DNA of 64,000 bases from Schizochytrium sp. TIO01. Taxonomy: Eukaryota; Protista; Bigyra: Labyrinthulomycetes. This document shows positions 24,732 through 37,228 of the stretch, one piece after another (positions within the stretch are counted from its first letter, which is position 1; the number at the start of each line of letters is the position of its first letter). Under the pieces are notes generated by a model. It saw only the letters and a program-made list of their open reading frames with translations, was not told the DNA's origin and did not search any database. The stretch covers positions 806,001 through 870,000 of the forward strand of contig SMSO01000025.1 in the NCBI GenBank assembly GCA_004764695.1, read 5' to 3'. The position numbers and the translations under genes were made by a program.

Positions 24732-25272
24732 TTTGTTGACTCCATCTCGAAATTTCACAACTTCACAGATTTCCCTCTAACTCGGACCTAGGGGAGCAGC
24801 TGTGAAAGATACTGTACATAAGCCCCTCGACCTTACAACAGCACATCAGATGTTTGCCTTGATATCCAGAAAGAGTATCCCAACATATTAAAAAAAATTG
24901 GTTTACGTCTCTATCAAAGTTACATATATTAACCGCTTTTCCGAACTGTTTACGCGACACAGCTTGATATTTTCTCCAAGGTTATTGGCACAAGGTAAAA
25001 TTAGAGGCTCTCTCCTGCGCGCGAATCTGAATCGAGGGTTTCCTTTCTAAATTGTTGTTGGAAGAATCACAGTGACTTTTTTGTGCATATATCACTCTAG
25101 CTCGTAGAGGTTCCATATCCACTCCTACCAGTCATATGTATGCTTAACCGACTACGGATAAGATTGTCAAGAGGAGAACGGCTTTGGCTTCAGCAGAGCC
25201 GGATTGAGCGACCCTTTGGTCTACAAGACGATTAAGGTGGGGTGAACCTGTGAACCTTTGTGCATAGGCACG

Positions 25273-26943
25273 ATGGAAGTGGCTCTATTTAGCAACCGCT
25301 TCACGACCCTGACCTTCTGCGTGCTGTTGGACTCGATCTGTGGTCTTCAATACATCTATGGCACCTTTTCTGTTCCTATCAAGAACCGCTTCCATCTGAG
25401 TCAGACCGTCATCGACAATGGCGGCCTCGCACAAAACATCGGTAACAACTTTGGTATTTTCGCCGGTCCTGTTCTCGATGCGATTGGGCCTAAGCCAGTC
25501 ATTGTCACGGCAGGTCTGATCGGCGGTCTTGCGTATCTTGCCATGTTTCTCATGTATGATGAAGCGTGGGCCATCGCAGAGCACCCTTGGATGCTCTATC
25601 TCATCCTCTTCTTTCAAGGTCAAGCCCAAATGCTAGCCGACATGTCTATTGTTGTCACTGTCTCACGACGCTTTCAGGATACGCGAGGCCTCGCCATTGG
25701 TCTTTGCAAGTCCTTCTTGGGTCTAAGCGGGTCGATCGCCGAGCAGATCCAAGTGACTTTTTTTCCAGGTGCTGCGGATTCTGATGACCCAAAGGAGCTC
25801 CCATTTGTTCTCTTTTTGAGCATCTACTTCACTTGCATTTGCTTTTTGGTTGCGGTTTTTGTACAGGCAGGTGAACCCTATGAGGGCCTCAGCGCAACAG
25901 AGCGTTATCAGCGTAGAATTGCGGCAACGGAGGTCATCACTACGGCTATTCGCTTCATGCCGACAATTATCTTGCTTCTTTTGGGCTCGATTGCATGGAA
26001 GTACGGACACGGTAATTCTCGAGCAGTCGAGTTAGTTTTCTCGATTTGTATCTTTTGTGCAATGGTCTGTTTATTGACTTTGATTTCTCGCGGTTCAGAT
26101 GAGCGAAAAGCTCTTGATGATGAAGAGTCTGATGATCGCACAGGATACAGCGAGCCCTTTACAGGAGACGACAACCAGTTCACAGAAAGTTTGCTTCGAG
26201 ATGGAGATCATGAAGATGATCTCCATCAAAACTCCTCTAACGACCACGACCGGGCCAATACAAATAACCAAGAGGCTCTGCCTGCTCCTGACATGACAAT
26301 GCGGGAAGTCACACGAGACCCTGCGTTTTGGATTCAAACAACTACTTTACTCATTGCCTGGGGTGCAGCACTTACCGTGATTAATAATGTTGGACAAATC
26401 AGTGAGGTTGTTGGCATGTCCAAGGGAGCCAAGGATCTCGTCCCAAGTTTGATCTCTATTTTTAATTGTCTTGGACGACTAACTGCTGGTTTGACCTCAG
26501 ATGATCTGGTGCGAAATGGAATCCCGCGTCCAGTAGTTTTTGGATCTGTAGTGGCACTGCTTGGCGTCATGATTTGCATCCTCATCATTTCAACTCCGGC
26601 TGCTGTGTATACGAGTGCTATTCTTGTGGGCTACTTGTATGGCGGCCTTAATGTGCTGAGTCCTGCAATTTTAGGTGATCTCTTTGGTGTCAAAAACATT
26701 GGCGTTGTTTACTCTTCATCTATGCTTGCCGTTATTGCTGGATCTTTCTTTATTGCTAATAAGTTATTCGCAATAGTCTACGAGGCGCACGCACAGCGTG
26801 ACGACCAGGGGCGCGAATACTGCATTGGTGCTCCCTGCATCCGACTATCCATAGGAATTACTTCAATTCTTTGTGTTGGGATTGGCCTTATTCATACTAC
26901 ATATTTTTACCGCCGCTTTGCGCACAAACCAACCACAATTTAG
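25273..26943 (+). CDS. MFS transporter, nodulin-like (Mch1/NFD4-like)
   Basis: About 12 TM segments; motifs RGLAIGLCKSFLGLSGSI, INNVGQI, FNCLGRLTAGLTSD, LGDLFGVKNIG and C-terminal CIGAPC. First ATG at 25273. Confidence 0.88.
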   Translation: MEVALFSNRFTTLTFCVLLDSICGLQYIYGTFSVPIKNRFHLSQTVIDNGGLAQNIGNNFGIFAGPVLDAIGPKPVIVTAGLIGGLAYLAMFLMYDEAWAIAEHPWMLYLILFFQGQAQMLADMSIVVTVSRRFQDTRGLAIGLCKSFLGLSGSIAEQIQVTFFPGAADSDDPKELPFVLFLSIYFTCICFLVAVFVQAGEPYEGLSATERYQRRIAATEVITTAIRFMPTIILLLLGSIAWKYGHGNSRAVELVFSICIFCAMVCLLTLISRGSDERKALDDEESDDRTGYSEPFTGDDNQFTESLLRDGDHEDDLHQNSSNDHDRANTNNQEALPAPDMTMREVTRDPAFWIQTTTLLIAWGAALTVINNVGQISEVVGMSKGAKDLVPSLISIFNCLGRLTAGLTSDDLVRNGIPRPVVFGSVVALLGVMICILIISTPAAVYTSAILVGYLYGGLNVLSPAILGDLFGVKNIGVVYSSSMLAVIAGSFFIANKLFAIVYEAHAQRDDQGREYCIGAPCIRLSIGITSILCVGIGLIHTTYFYRRFAHKPTTI

Positions 26944-29900
26944 ACTGTACCTGTATCAAAAGTTTTGTCTGTAATTTTGTGCTTTCTGTTGCCTTGAACT
27001 CACCCGATATTACTTAAGTTTGAAAAACAAAAACTGTATATCCTCCTACCTACTGCCTATCAATCACCAGAAATGGAAATGGTATCTTCAGTGAAAGGGC
27101 CGAAGCTTCTTGTACCATTAAGTTGCTAAATACTTGTATACCTCAAGTAAAGAGGTGCTTACATAATGCCCAACAAACACTTTTTCTGCCGTTTCTTCCA
27201 CTCTTCCTTTTCGTTTCCTGAGTTGTAGAGTTGCGAAACCTCAAATTTGAACGCATGCACACACGGTTTTCCTTCTTCTGCATAGAGAGTCTTATTTGTG
27301 TTGTAGTAGTAAGACGGTTTCAAAATTAAGTACGAAGTCAAATAATTGACTAAAAGACGCATTCAAAGTCATTTTATTGTATTTCTCCATTGACTGTGTA
27401 GTCGTAGCCCATATGTCACGTTCCAAAGTGTTTTAGAAATGATGTCTTTTCCTATACACCGATCAGACCAGCTTGTTATGGACGATCAAGTTTGCATTGC
27501 ATTTTATCTTCTATGATATCAACTTGTCTCTGGAAAGAGATGAAAGAGACAATGATAATTCTGCTCTAGCTCCGATGATTTGACCTGTTTCGAAGCGCGT
27601 GTGATGATACATGATAATCGCATCACGTGATGGCTATACGATCACTTCTTTTTTGCCGCTGAAAGGATCATCGAAACACGCGAGGAAACCTTGCATCGGC
27701 CTACCTTTATTTTTGCTGCTTATTTTTGTTTTTGTTTTTTCAATGGTTGGCTGCTAAATCTCGATTCAACAGCAAACTCAAACGCTTGATTCCAAGTTGC
27801 TCGGCAAAGCGGGCTCCCAAATATTTACTCTCTTCCGCTCGCTGTGTCGTTTATCAGGTGTACAAACTCCATGCCTTCGCATAGAGGTGCATTATATGCT
27901 CATTATGATAGCTTGAAAATGTATGGTTTCGTCTAGCTAAACTGTCTTGCAAGAACAATAGACGAAGTGACCCTGTTGAGGTTATAGGCAAGCCTGTGGT
28001 GGACACACTATGTTTAATTTGCAATGCAATGCGTCATTATCCCAAGTCAATTAAAATAGCCACTCCTATGTTGTAGATTAATTTCGCTTACTCTTAGAAA
28101 AACCAGTAAAGCGCTTCTCTCCAACGAAGCTTCAAAGTATGCGACTCTGTTAACAAATCAATGTTCGTCTCCATCGTGAATTGCCTCTTCTTCCGGTTGA
28201 CTACGTGCTCAATTCGCTTTGTACCAACTCAAGCAAGTCCTTTCGAGCCATCTCAAGGAACAAAGGTAGCCTTCATTTATATATTATTCCTCCATTAGTG
28301 TGCAGAATTTAGATGGTGAGAGCATATAAAATAAATCCACTTAGACAATATGGCGCTCCCTTTCAAACAAGTAAGAACTTTCAATTCTTTGACAAATGCA
28401 ACTCTTTATTACAATATTACTCAAGGTACGAGCTGGAACTCACAGCGCAGCGAAACCTTTCACTAGGCTTTGGAAATTGAATGCCTAAGTACTTTCTCAA
28501 TGTCCCGAGTGTGCTGTCGTGATTGCTCAAAGGGCGGCTACTTTTCAGCTATTACCACTATCATTAACAACCCTTATTTTAAAAAAGTAAGTTCTTTCTT
28601 TTCCTCACTTTTTCAACAAATCAATTCTATTTAATAATATATAAGATAGAATTTACAAGCAGAAAAATCCCTATTTTTCACTATTATGATCAATGGTGAG
28701 TAGATCGACGTCGTGATGCCTGATCTCTGAACCTGTAACTGGGCCTTAAACACGCTCTGGTTGGCATTGTGGCTCAAAGTTGCTGCTACTGCAAAATGAG
28801 CAGGCGCATCATTTATTGTTCTCTTAATCTAGTATATATACCTGTTGATACACTCGAGCAAGCCCATAGCAAAGCACAGCATTCTGGAGGTGGACCGGCA
28901 GTGCGTTTTACATGCTAGCTAGAACAGACTCCTGGTGCGCACCCTCACCACGGCTATGGATTTATCATTAGTCCTTTCAACGGGTTTATGAAACTTGGAT
29001 AGTACCTACTCGGAATACGCCTTTTCAACAATTCTCCCAAAGGGCATCATTATCCACTGAGATGAGAATAAATGTTTTTGTTTTTAAAGCTCAGTGGATG
29101 CCTGGTAGGCTCTGTCTACCAGAAACTCGATTTCCCTCAACCATTCCTCCCTCACTTCCGAATCCAAAGTCTGAAACTCAGACTCCCCTCACAGCCTTAT
29201 ACCTAGCATCTCCTATGCCGCTCTAATAGTAGATATAGATAGCTTGCCCTTGAAAGGACGTTCTCTGTCCAAGATGGCCTTCTTATAAATCCAAGATGGC
29301 ACTCCATCGCTCTCTTGACTAGCGCCGCGCCTTGTATTCTCGTTATGCCTCATTGATACCAATGAGGCGTGGAAAGTATCTCACAAAGGTAAAGCGCGCT
29401 GACGCGGTCCCTTAAAGCAAAATTTTGACCGCAAAGCCACCGCGGCAAGACAGTCGGCAACGCTTCTGGGGAGCTTGACCGCTTAAGCAATTAGCTTCTC
29501 CTCTCTCTCTCTCTCTCTCTCTCTGTTAAGGACCAGATGGCGTCGGCCACACCGCGGCTATGTCTTCGTAGATAGAAATTTGACTAATCATGGCACTAAG
29601 AGGCTGTCAGTTCTGCCTTACAGTTACCTATAAGCAGCAAACCCAATTCTAATTTTATAGTCTCTTTTCATTTCTTCATGCTTTATTTCAAGTTGTTGAT
29701 TCGTTTGCAGAGGTTTAGCATATAAGGTACTTAGTATGGAGAACAAGAGTTATAAGTCACTTTTCCTGCATCCCTAAGTTTTTTTTGTGATGAATGAGGT
29801 GGTCGCCAAAAAGTCGCGGAGACCGGCTACATGCGAGGTTACCCGCTTCGGGATGTGCTGGAAAGCTGGGAGGTCAGGTTGAGAAGAGAACTATGATGGG

Positions 29901-30843
29901 GGTAAATTTGAGGCCCTGAGAGCTCACTTGGGGCTGTCAAGTATATATAGCTGATACATCTTCAGGCAGGGGAGGAATGGCGAGGTCCTGGTTCCCGTAT
30001 GTTAAAATTAACGAGATTTCTGTGCACGATCCATGTTTTTCGCTCATAAAGAGGTAACTTTGTCAGTTGCTATTTCTCTCCTCAGACAATTCAACAAAAG
30101 AACATGTTTTGTTTGACAAAGACCGCACATATACCTGACTGTCTGACTGACTGAGTAGTTTTTATCGGGAGAAAAGAAACAGCGAGCAAGGTTCTATATA
30201 GAAAGTTGAACGATCAAAAGCCACTTTCTCTTCTTTTTCAGCTTGTAGTGTTAATATAGGTAGTGGTGCGATCAGAGCAGAGGAAGAACTTTTCTTTACT
30301 TCTATACATATTACTAGGAGACACTAGTGGCACTAGTGTTTTTTGTTTTATTTTACTTTATTTTTGACAAATGTTTTTTTTTTGTTTTTTTTACTTTCTT
30401 ACTTGACTAGTGAAGAGACCGCGGCGTGAACTCGGCTTCTTCGCAATTGTTTTTGTCACGTCAGCAAAACACCAACTGAGAAGGCCAGAAGCTTCGAGGC
30501 TTCAACGTTGGTTTGTGCTGACTTGGCTTCTGGTATCCTGTCGGGGGCCGAGGCGTTGTATCACATCCTTCGAAGTTGCTGCTGCGTCAAGGTCGTTATC
30601 CAGTGCGCAGCAGGCTTTCCGGGTAGATTCACAAGTCAGAATCCAGGTTCTTGCCAAGAGAAGGGGGGCTTGCTTCTAACGTGGTGTGGTGCTTCTGTCT
30701 TTCGAAATTTGCAAAGGTTCACTTCGCACGGGAAGGGAGCAGTAGAAAAGTACACCGTGCAATAAATTCACTTTAGGGGCGTTGTAAGCTCCATATTTAC
30801 GTATATACTTTTTTTAAGAGTGCTGTTTGAACTGCACGTGATA

Positions 30844-33800
30844 ATGAATCTCTCACAACAGGCTATGCATGTCGCGCTTTTTTGCGTTATTCTGGCGCAA
30901 TTAGTAAGTCAAGCCACAAGCCGTCGAGGTGCCATGCTTGTAGTTTTGCAGGACTTTGGCTACGATGATTTCTCACTCTTAGAGGACGATCAACAAAATG
31001 ACCTCGAGGATATTCTGCCATACTATTCAGAGACTTTTCGCTCAGCAAGTCCTGATTGGACGCCTAGTTTAGCATCAATATTGACAGGCCAACGACCAGC
31101 AGAACTTGGTATTCATCGCTCATACCCTCTTTACGAGGAGGAGCACGAGATTAAAGACAAATACCTTGAGCCAATGAGCACGTTAAAAGAAAACAATGTC
31201 ACGATTGCTCATTTTGGCCTTTGGCCATTTGTGAATGATCCAGATGATATTTTCGACTACAGCTATACAAGCAGCGATTACTCAGATGTTCGAGCTGCTG
31301 TTGAGTCCTATGTTTCAACCCTAGGGGATGACGAGGATTACCTCATCAATGTTTGGCTACCCCGCATCGACGCCACAATCAACTTTGGTGGTAATTATAC
31401 AGATGATGACTGGAGTGCAGGTATTAGTGGAGTTTACGAACGTAGTGGCTCAGGGGATGGCGAGTGCCCGGATACCTTCCGTGGAGACGGTACATATGTT
31501 GCACGGTATAAGAGCTGCCCTCGGCAAATTTATCGAGCCAACCGACAGCACGAGAGTATTCAATTGGTGACAATGTTACAAAATGTCCAAGATACCTTGG
31601 AAGGCAGTGGTGCCAATATCATGATTCTCACTTCTACTAACGGTCCTGAAAGTGAACAAGCTGATTCCCACTCGCGCGGTCGAACACGCTTTCGTGGCAT
31701 TAAGCGTTCCATTTATGATGGTGGAGTTCGCGTTCCTCTTAGATACGAAGTTTATGGCCCTAACTCAGATACGGCTGCCGCGGGATGGGGTTCGCCTTCT
31801 GAAGACGACTTTGAAAGCGCCCCCATTACTGGCGTTGATCTCTTGCCCACCCTTATGTACATGATTGGGAACAACTCTGCAACAGAATCCGTCGCTGATG
31901 GACTTCCTGGCATGGACACTAGCGCATGTTGGTTTGGCGGCGACAGCTGTGATGGCGGCACCCTTGTACGAACCAAGCCTATGCTTTGGGAATGGCGCTA
32001 CTTGACCCCTGGTCACTGCGCCTTGGAGTCACCGCGTTACGCAATCATCATGGGTGATTATAAACTATTACATGAACCTGGAATGCGCACAGAGCTGTAC
32101 GACCTTAGTCTTGAAGCTTATGAAGTTGTCAACATGTACAATGCTACACTATCAGACAGCGATGCGCAAGATCGCCTGGAGATTATTAAACTGGTGATGA
32201 TGAAAGAATTACAAGAGTGGATTGACTACCTCGCTGCTCTCGAGGAGGTAGTTGAAACCCCTGACCCGACGGCACAAAGTCATCCTGGATGCTATGGTAG
32301 AGGTGAGCCCCAGTTGTCTGATGGTCCTTCAGAGGCAGGAGATGAACCTAGTGTGGCACTTAACGCCACCGAGAGGAATAAAAAATTGGCTGGTATCATC
32401 TTTATTCTCACAGACGATATGGGAGTCGGGGAGATGAGTGGCTATCTCGCGAACCGGACTAGTGAGCTTGAGGCTGGTCTGGCAGATCCAATCGCATTTG
32501 AGCCGAAGACCCCTATTCTGGATCGCTTGAAAGATGAAGGCACTACCTTATACCATTTCTATGCAGGAATGCCGGTGTGCAGTCCTAGCCGTACCACCAT
32601 TATGACTGGTCGCCCTCCTTCCCATAAGCAGAACTGCTTTCACAATATTGTTGCCAAAACAGCATCTGCGAACGCCAGAACGGGTGTTCCAAATTTCCTA
32701 GGAGAGAATATTGATTACGAAGAGAAACTCACTACGCTCACAAAATTCTTCCATGAGCAAGGGTATGTTACTGGTCACTTTGGAAAGTGGCATATGGGCT
32801 ACGACTACACGGATAATGAAGATTATAATACTGGTGGTGCCATGTGGGGCATCGATGAGTACATGTTATATGGTACACTCGCAGAGTACCAAGAGGACAA
32901 TGTTACCTTCCCCACGGCAAGCAAGCCTCACAATAACTACTTAGACAATGATGATCTCTTGTTTGCATCTTACGTGCAGCACGCTCTCGTGAACCGTACA
33001 ATTGACTTCCTTGAGGACCGTGCGGCGCGTAACGAGACATTTTTTGTTAATCTCTGGCTGCAAAACCCCCATGCGCCGCTCAATCTTGCAGAGTCTTTTG
33101 ATCAACCTGCTGCCATGGGGTATCCTTCTGAAGACAACCCGATGCCGAACTCGGACCCTGGCTACGAACTGAAGAGTACTGTTGATAAGGATGTACCGCT
33201 GCAGATTTACCGTACTTTGATGCACGATCAAGAGGTACAGATCGATCGTCTTATCTCTGCAATTGGGGATCTTGGCTTTGGTAATCGAACTTTAGTTGTC
33301 TACATGGCAGATAATGGACCCGAAGATCGAACTCTTAACTTTGTTACTGTCGGCAACAACGACCCATTTAGAGGCCAGAAAAGATCCTTATATGAGGGTG
33401 GTATCCGTGTTCCTCTCTTCATGTGGTGGCCTGGTGTTGTTCCTGCTGGACGCAAGGTGACATATCCCGCAACTGGTGCTGATTTGTTCTACACTCTAGC
33501 TAGTATTGCTGGCTTATCCGAGGAATTTGAAGCTCTACCTGATTATAAGCAACTTGACTACAACTACTCAAAAGATTTGAGTTGCCTAGCTGTGGGTGTA
33601 TCTCAGGAAGGAGGTTACGAATGCGCAGAAGAATGTTCTACCTTAGAGTGTGCAGAGGAAGCCCTCGGGGAGCGCCCTCTGTACTTTGAGTTTCGTGACT
33701 ACACCCTAGGAGACTGCTTAGGTCGATCTCCGCGGATTGCGCTTCGCCGAGGCCGCTACAAGGCCCTTTGGGAACCTAAGAACAAGAATGATATGTTCCC

Positions 33801-34497
33801 AACCTCAAGCACTGGTACTATTCGCCTCGAGCTTTTTGATCTGTTGGCAGACCCTTACGAATCAAATAATCTTTTGCTGACGCAGGAAGGAAACTCCTCG
33901 TACACCGAAATTGCAGAAAGTCTACACGCTGACATGCTTTACTGGATTCAAGATAGTGGACGCTATGACCAAGAATATACACCCAAGGCTTCTTACTGTA
34001 GAATCCGATACGACGAAAGCTTTTCCACGTTCTATCTCCAAGAGCAGTGCACTTCACCCCCTGAAGATGCGAGCGCTCCTACTTCTATTACAGTGTCTTC
34101 TACAAAGCTTGAAACAATGTCATGCTCTTTGAGCTATTGGTGTAACGCAACTGATAACATTTACTCCACAAACCAACCTACTTATCCTTTTGTCAGTATG
34201 GCTCCTACTACGAATCCTTCAGGGCAACCAACCAAGGAGCCTACCCCACAGCCAACGGGCAAGCCGACAGTCTCCGGCACAGACAAGGACCAATCTGGTA
34301 GCAGCCCAACTTCATCTCCTACCTCCGCTTCAGCAGAGGAAACAACGCCTTCGCCGACGACCGGTGACACAACAGCGTCGCCTACCCCTGCTGAAGACGC
34401 AAATGCAAAAACACCATCTGCTGCCACAAAATGGCATGTGTCCACGGTAGGTATTCTGGTGTTTGCGATCGGTATGCCACATCTGATGATGAATTGA
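30844..34497 (+). CDS. Secreted/surface tandem two-domain sulfatase (degenerate N-domain plus intact C-domain) with PT-rich stalk and GPI-like tail
   Basis: Signal peptide; domain 2 has ILTDDMG, CSPSRTTIMTGR, GKWH, DNG and KRSLYEGGIRVP; domain 1 is a diverged copy; P/T/S-rich repeats and a hydrophobic C-terminus. ATG at 30844 or 30865. Confidence 0.9.
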   Translation: MNLSQQAMHVALFCVILAQLVSQATSRRGAMLVVLQDFGYDDFSLLEDDQQNDLEDILPYYSETFRSASPDWTPSLASILTGQRPAELGIHRSYPLYEEEHEIKDKYLEPMSTLKENNVTIAHFGLWPFVNDPDDIFDYSYTSSDYSDVRAAVESYVSTLGDDEDYLINVWLPRIDATINFGGNYTDDDWSAGISGVYERSGSGDGECPDTFRGDGTYVARYKSCPRQIYRANRQHESIQLVTMLQNVQDTLEGSGANIMILTSTNGPESEQADSHSRGRTRFRGIKRSIYDGGVRVPLRYEVYGPNSDTAAAGWGSPSEDDFESAPITGVDLLPTLMYMIGNNSATESVADGLPGMDTSACWFGGDSCDGGTLVRTKPMLWEWRYLTPGHCALESPRYAIIMGDYKLLHEPGMRTELYDLSLEAYEVVNMYNATLSDSDAQDRLEIIKLVMMKELQEWIDYLAALEEVVETPDPTAQSHPGCYGRGEPQLSDGPSEAGDEPSVALNATERNKKLAGIIFILTDDMGVGEMSGYLANRTSELEAGLADPIAFEPKTPILDRLKDEGTTLYHFYAGMPVCSPSRTTIMTGRPPSHKQNCFHNIVAKTASANARTGVPNFLGENIDYEEKLTTLTKFFHEQGYVTGHFGKWHMGYDYTDNEDYNTGGAMWGIDEYMLYGTLAEYQEDNVTFPTASKPHNNYLDNDDLLFASYVQHALVNRTIDFLEDRAARNETFFVNLWLQNPHAPLNLAESFDQPAAMGYPSEDNPMPNSDPGYELKSTVDKDVPLQIYRTLMHDQEVQIDRLISAIGDLGFGNRTLVVYMADNGPEDRTLNFVTVGNNDPFRGQKRSLYEGGIRVPLFMWWPGVVPAGRKVTYPATGADLFYTLASIAGLSEEFEALPDYKQLDYNYSKDLSCLAVGVSQEGGYECAEECSTLECAEEALGERPLYFEFRDYTLGDCLGRSPRIALRRGRYKALWEPKNKNDMFPTSSTGTIRLELFDLLADPYESNNLLLTQEGNSSYTEIAESLHADMLYWIQDSGRYDQEYTPKASYCRIRYDESFSTFYLQEQCTSPPEDASAPTSITVSSTKLETMSCSLSYWCNATDNIYSTNQPTYPFVSMAPTTNPSGQPTKEPTPQPTGKPTVSGTDKDQSGSSPTSSPTSASAEETTPSPTTGDTTASPTPAEDANAKTPSAATKWHVSTVGILVFAIGMPHLMMN

Positions 34498-35098
34498 GCT
34501 ACTTGAGTGCTCGAACGTATAGAAATTTTAGAGGCCCTGTGCCTAAGCCTGATCCTATTAATAATATGTTAGATTCTTTGAAATAGTGATATGAATGTGG
34601 TGATACGAAAACTGCAAGCTTTAAGAATTAAACATCTAAACTAAGATCTAAAGACACTTGGGTCATAGAAAGTACACGCTTCTTGAATGATTATTAGGAA
34701 ATATATTTGAACAACTTAGCAGCATACAGAATATGCTTATGCTGCCATAGTACTGTAAACAAAAAATCAAATAAAGAACGAGTTTGTTTGCAAATCAAAT
34801 AGTGTCCCTAGCATATCGAAAATGCAGACCTAGAATGGAATATATTCGAGATTCAACATGAAACGTAAAATTTTTATTTTAATCACACGGATGATGGCGT
34901 AAGAAGATGAAAAGCAAGTCTGTTCCATATTATCTGAACACACGAGAATAGCATGCTTAACACTCTTGTAATTATCCTATGGCATGACCAACGTAAGGTT
35001 AACAACCTGAGTCAGCACCATTGTAAAACATTAGATTGGTAGGAAAGGGGTGTTAAACGTCCACCTTTCCTAACTAGAACAAGAAGAAATGGATCCAT

Positions 35099-35899
35099 TT
35101 AGGAAACGACGCACTTTTTGGGTTTGGGTGTGCAGTTAGCAACAGCTGTATCGATCGTAATCTCTTCACTTTGCGGACCTTCTCCTGCGCTGGTGACAGC
35201 GGCAATCCGAAACTGGTAAGTTGAAGTGGGTTCAAGGTCCTCGAGCGTGAACTTTACCTCAGTACCGGGGATCGTCGTTACATTAGTGGCAGACCAATCG
35301 TCAGGGATCTTTCGGCGGTACAACTTGTATGAGGTCGCACCAGAAACCTGCTTCCACCTGTTGTGCACAAAGATAAGACACACAAAAGAACACGATCAGA
35401 TGCATCCGAGTTTCGTTAGTCATAACTTCATCCAAAATATTCATGCACCATCTATCCACGCCAAGCGAAAGAGGCACCACGAGATCAACAGAGCTATCTT
35501 TCTTGCATTTTTGCTCAGAATATATACCTAATATCGATATATAGCAGGACTATATACTAAGGTTATGCATAAATTCCGATCAGACAAAGGCGAGCAACTC
35601 TTTGTTACAAACTCAGGTTGTATAGCCATATTAAGTGGCTCTACCATGTTGCCTCAAAGACAATCTGCGCTGCTGTGCTTGAACAACTTGCTCTCCGCGC
35701 TCCTTACAGTACGAGGTGCACGCATGTGTGATTCCCATTTAGGTCCCTCTTTCGCTGCGTTCATCGGCACTTTCTTTGAACCATCAGATTCCACTTACTT
35801 CACGTCAACAGAGAACTCCGTTGGATTAGTGACCTCCGGGCGCTGCATGCGCGGAGCCCCGGACGAGCCTTGATCGATGGGGTGGCCGACGGTGGTCAT
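35099..35899 (-). CDS. Small single fibronectin type III domain protein with C-terminal CaaX (two exons: 35899-35799 and 35357-35099; 119 aa)
   Basis: Donor AA|GTAAGT and acceptor caacag|G join in frame (DVKWKQV). FN3 hallmarks W..Y and LEPTSTYQFRIAAVTSAGEG; the protein ends PKPKKCVVS. Confidence 0.85.
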
Positions 35900-37228
35900 G
35901 GTGAGTTACTCTTTTTCCAGCAGCAGCTAATTTTGTGTATGCTTTGATCGATCACATCGATTGTAGAACAGAGGCTTTTTTCATTCATTTCGCGTAGTAT
36001 ATTGATAAGCATAAAACCCTAAGAGTAAATAAAGGAGAACTCTTTTAACTTGGGTAAAACCCCAAGGTGCACGTAGGTAGGTACTATTCTCAAGGAGGCA
36101 GGAAGACACTACTACATCGGCACTACAGAATCAACCATCGTACTGAGGCTACCTGCAAGTCTATGTTATGTCTTGACCCGCGCCATAGCTCCGGAACTTA
36201 AATGTAGTTCACCCTCTTCATATGCCCATTTGCTTGTGTGCTTTTCCGTCTACCGCCTCGAGAACAGCAACTTGGAAAGCCAAAATCTTAGGAAAAGATA
36301 TTAATATCAAGAGCGATGTTGATCGCGGCTGAAGGTAATTTTATACGAAGGCTCTGATTAGATCTGATTAGTGGAGGGGATTGATCGAAATGGTTAAATT
36401 AGTCGTATCTTTTGGTTAATAATGAAGAAAAACGGGGCGAGTACCCGATGAATTGTTCGTGCAGTAATGCAACATGTGGCTTGCCTCCTCTAGAACTTGA
36501 ATAGTTGTTTCAGAGAAACTCTAAAACATCACGTCACTCATTTTGCGTAGAGTATGATGGTGATCATGATTGTACCTAGTACTCAGCAAATGAACAGCGC
36601 ATATCCAGCCGTGGATATGAGTTATTTCAAGGGATAGCAACACAAACCTAACATTTGGATGTCTCCTAATTTATTTTTAAAGGTCAAAGCCAAGCACTCA
36701 CAAATTAAAAAGTACTAGCATTGTGTGCAACATTAATATCAACAAATTCTCTGTTGCGATTCTGATGTCTTTATTTGATCAAATCAAAGCCTTGAAAGGT
36801 TCCTTCAAGTTAGCTCTTGTTTTTCGTTTTCTCTTTCCTACAAGCTGAAAAAAAAGATAGTCAAAGAGTTAGACGTCTACGTAGCTACTCATGATGCTGA
36901 GACATAGCATAACAGAACAACTACGCTGGTTGTATTTGACATTAAGGAGTAGTGCTGTTCCTGGTGGCCATGACAATTAGCAGTTTTTCTATGAAGGCTA
37001 CCTCGGAAGAAATATCGCAACCCCGGCAGATCATTCATTACATATCGGCTTTTTTTAATAATTTATTTTTATTTTTATAGATAAAATAAATAAAGTTTTA
37101 AAACTCCTTCTCTATTGCACAGCCTGAAGTAGGTACTCCCCTCCTTTCGGTTCCGCAGACCTTTTGCGAGATCAAGGGGTCACGTATCCCTGTACATCGA
37201 TTCTTTCTATCAATAAGTTTTCCGCCCT

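Noticed and set aside
36014-36022. AAACCCTAA telo-box-like or telomeric seed (reverse copy near 62812)
   Set aside because: Isolated 9-mers, not arrays; cannot be distinguished from chance without genome-wide statistics.
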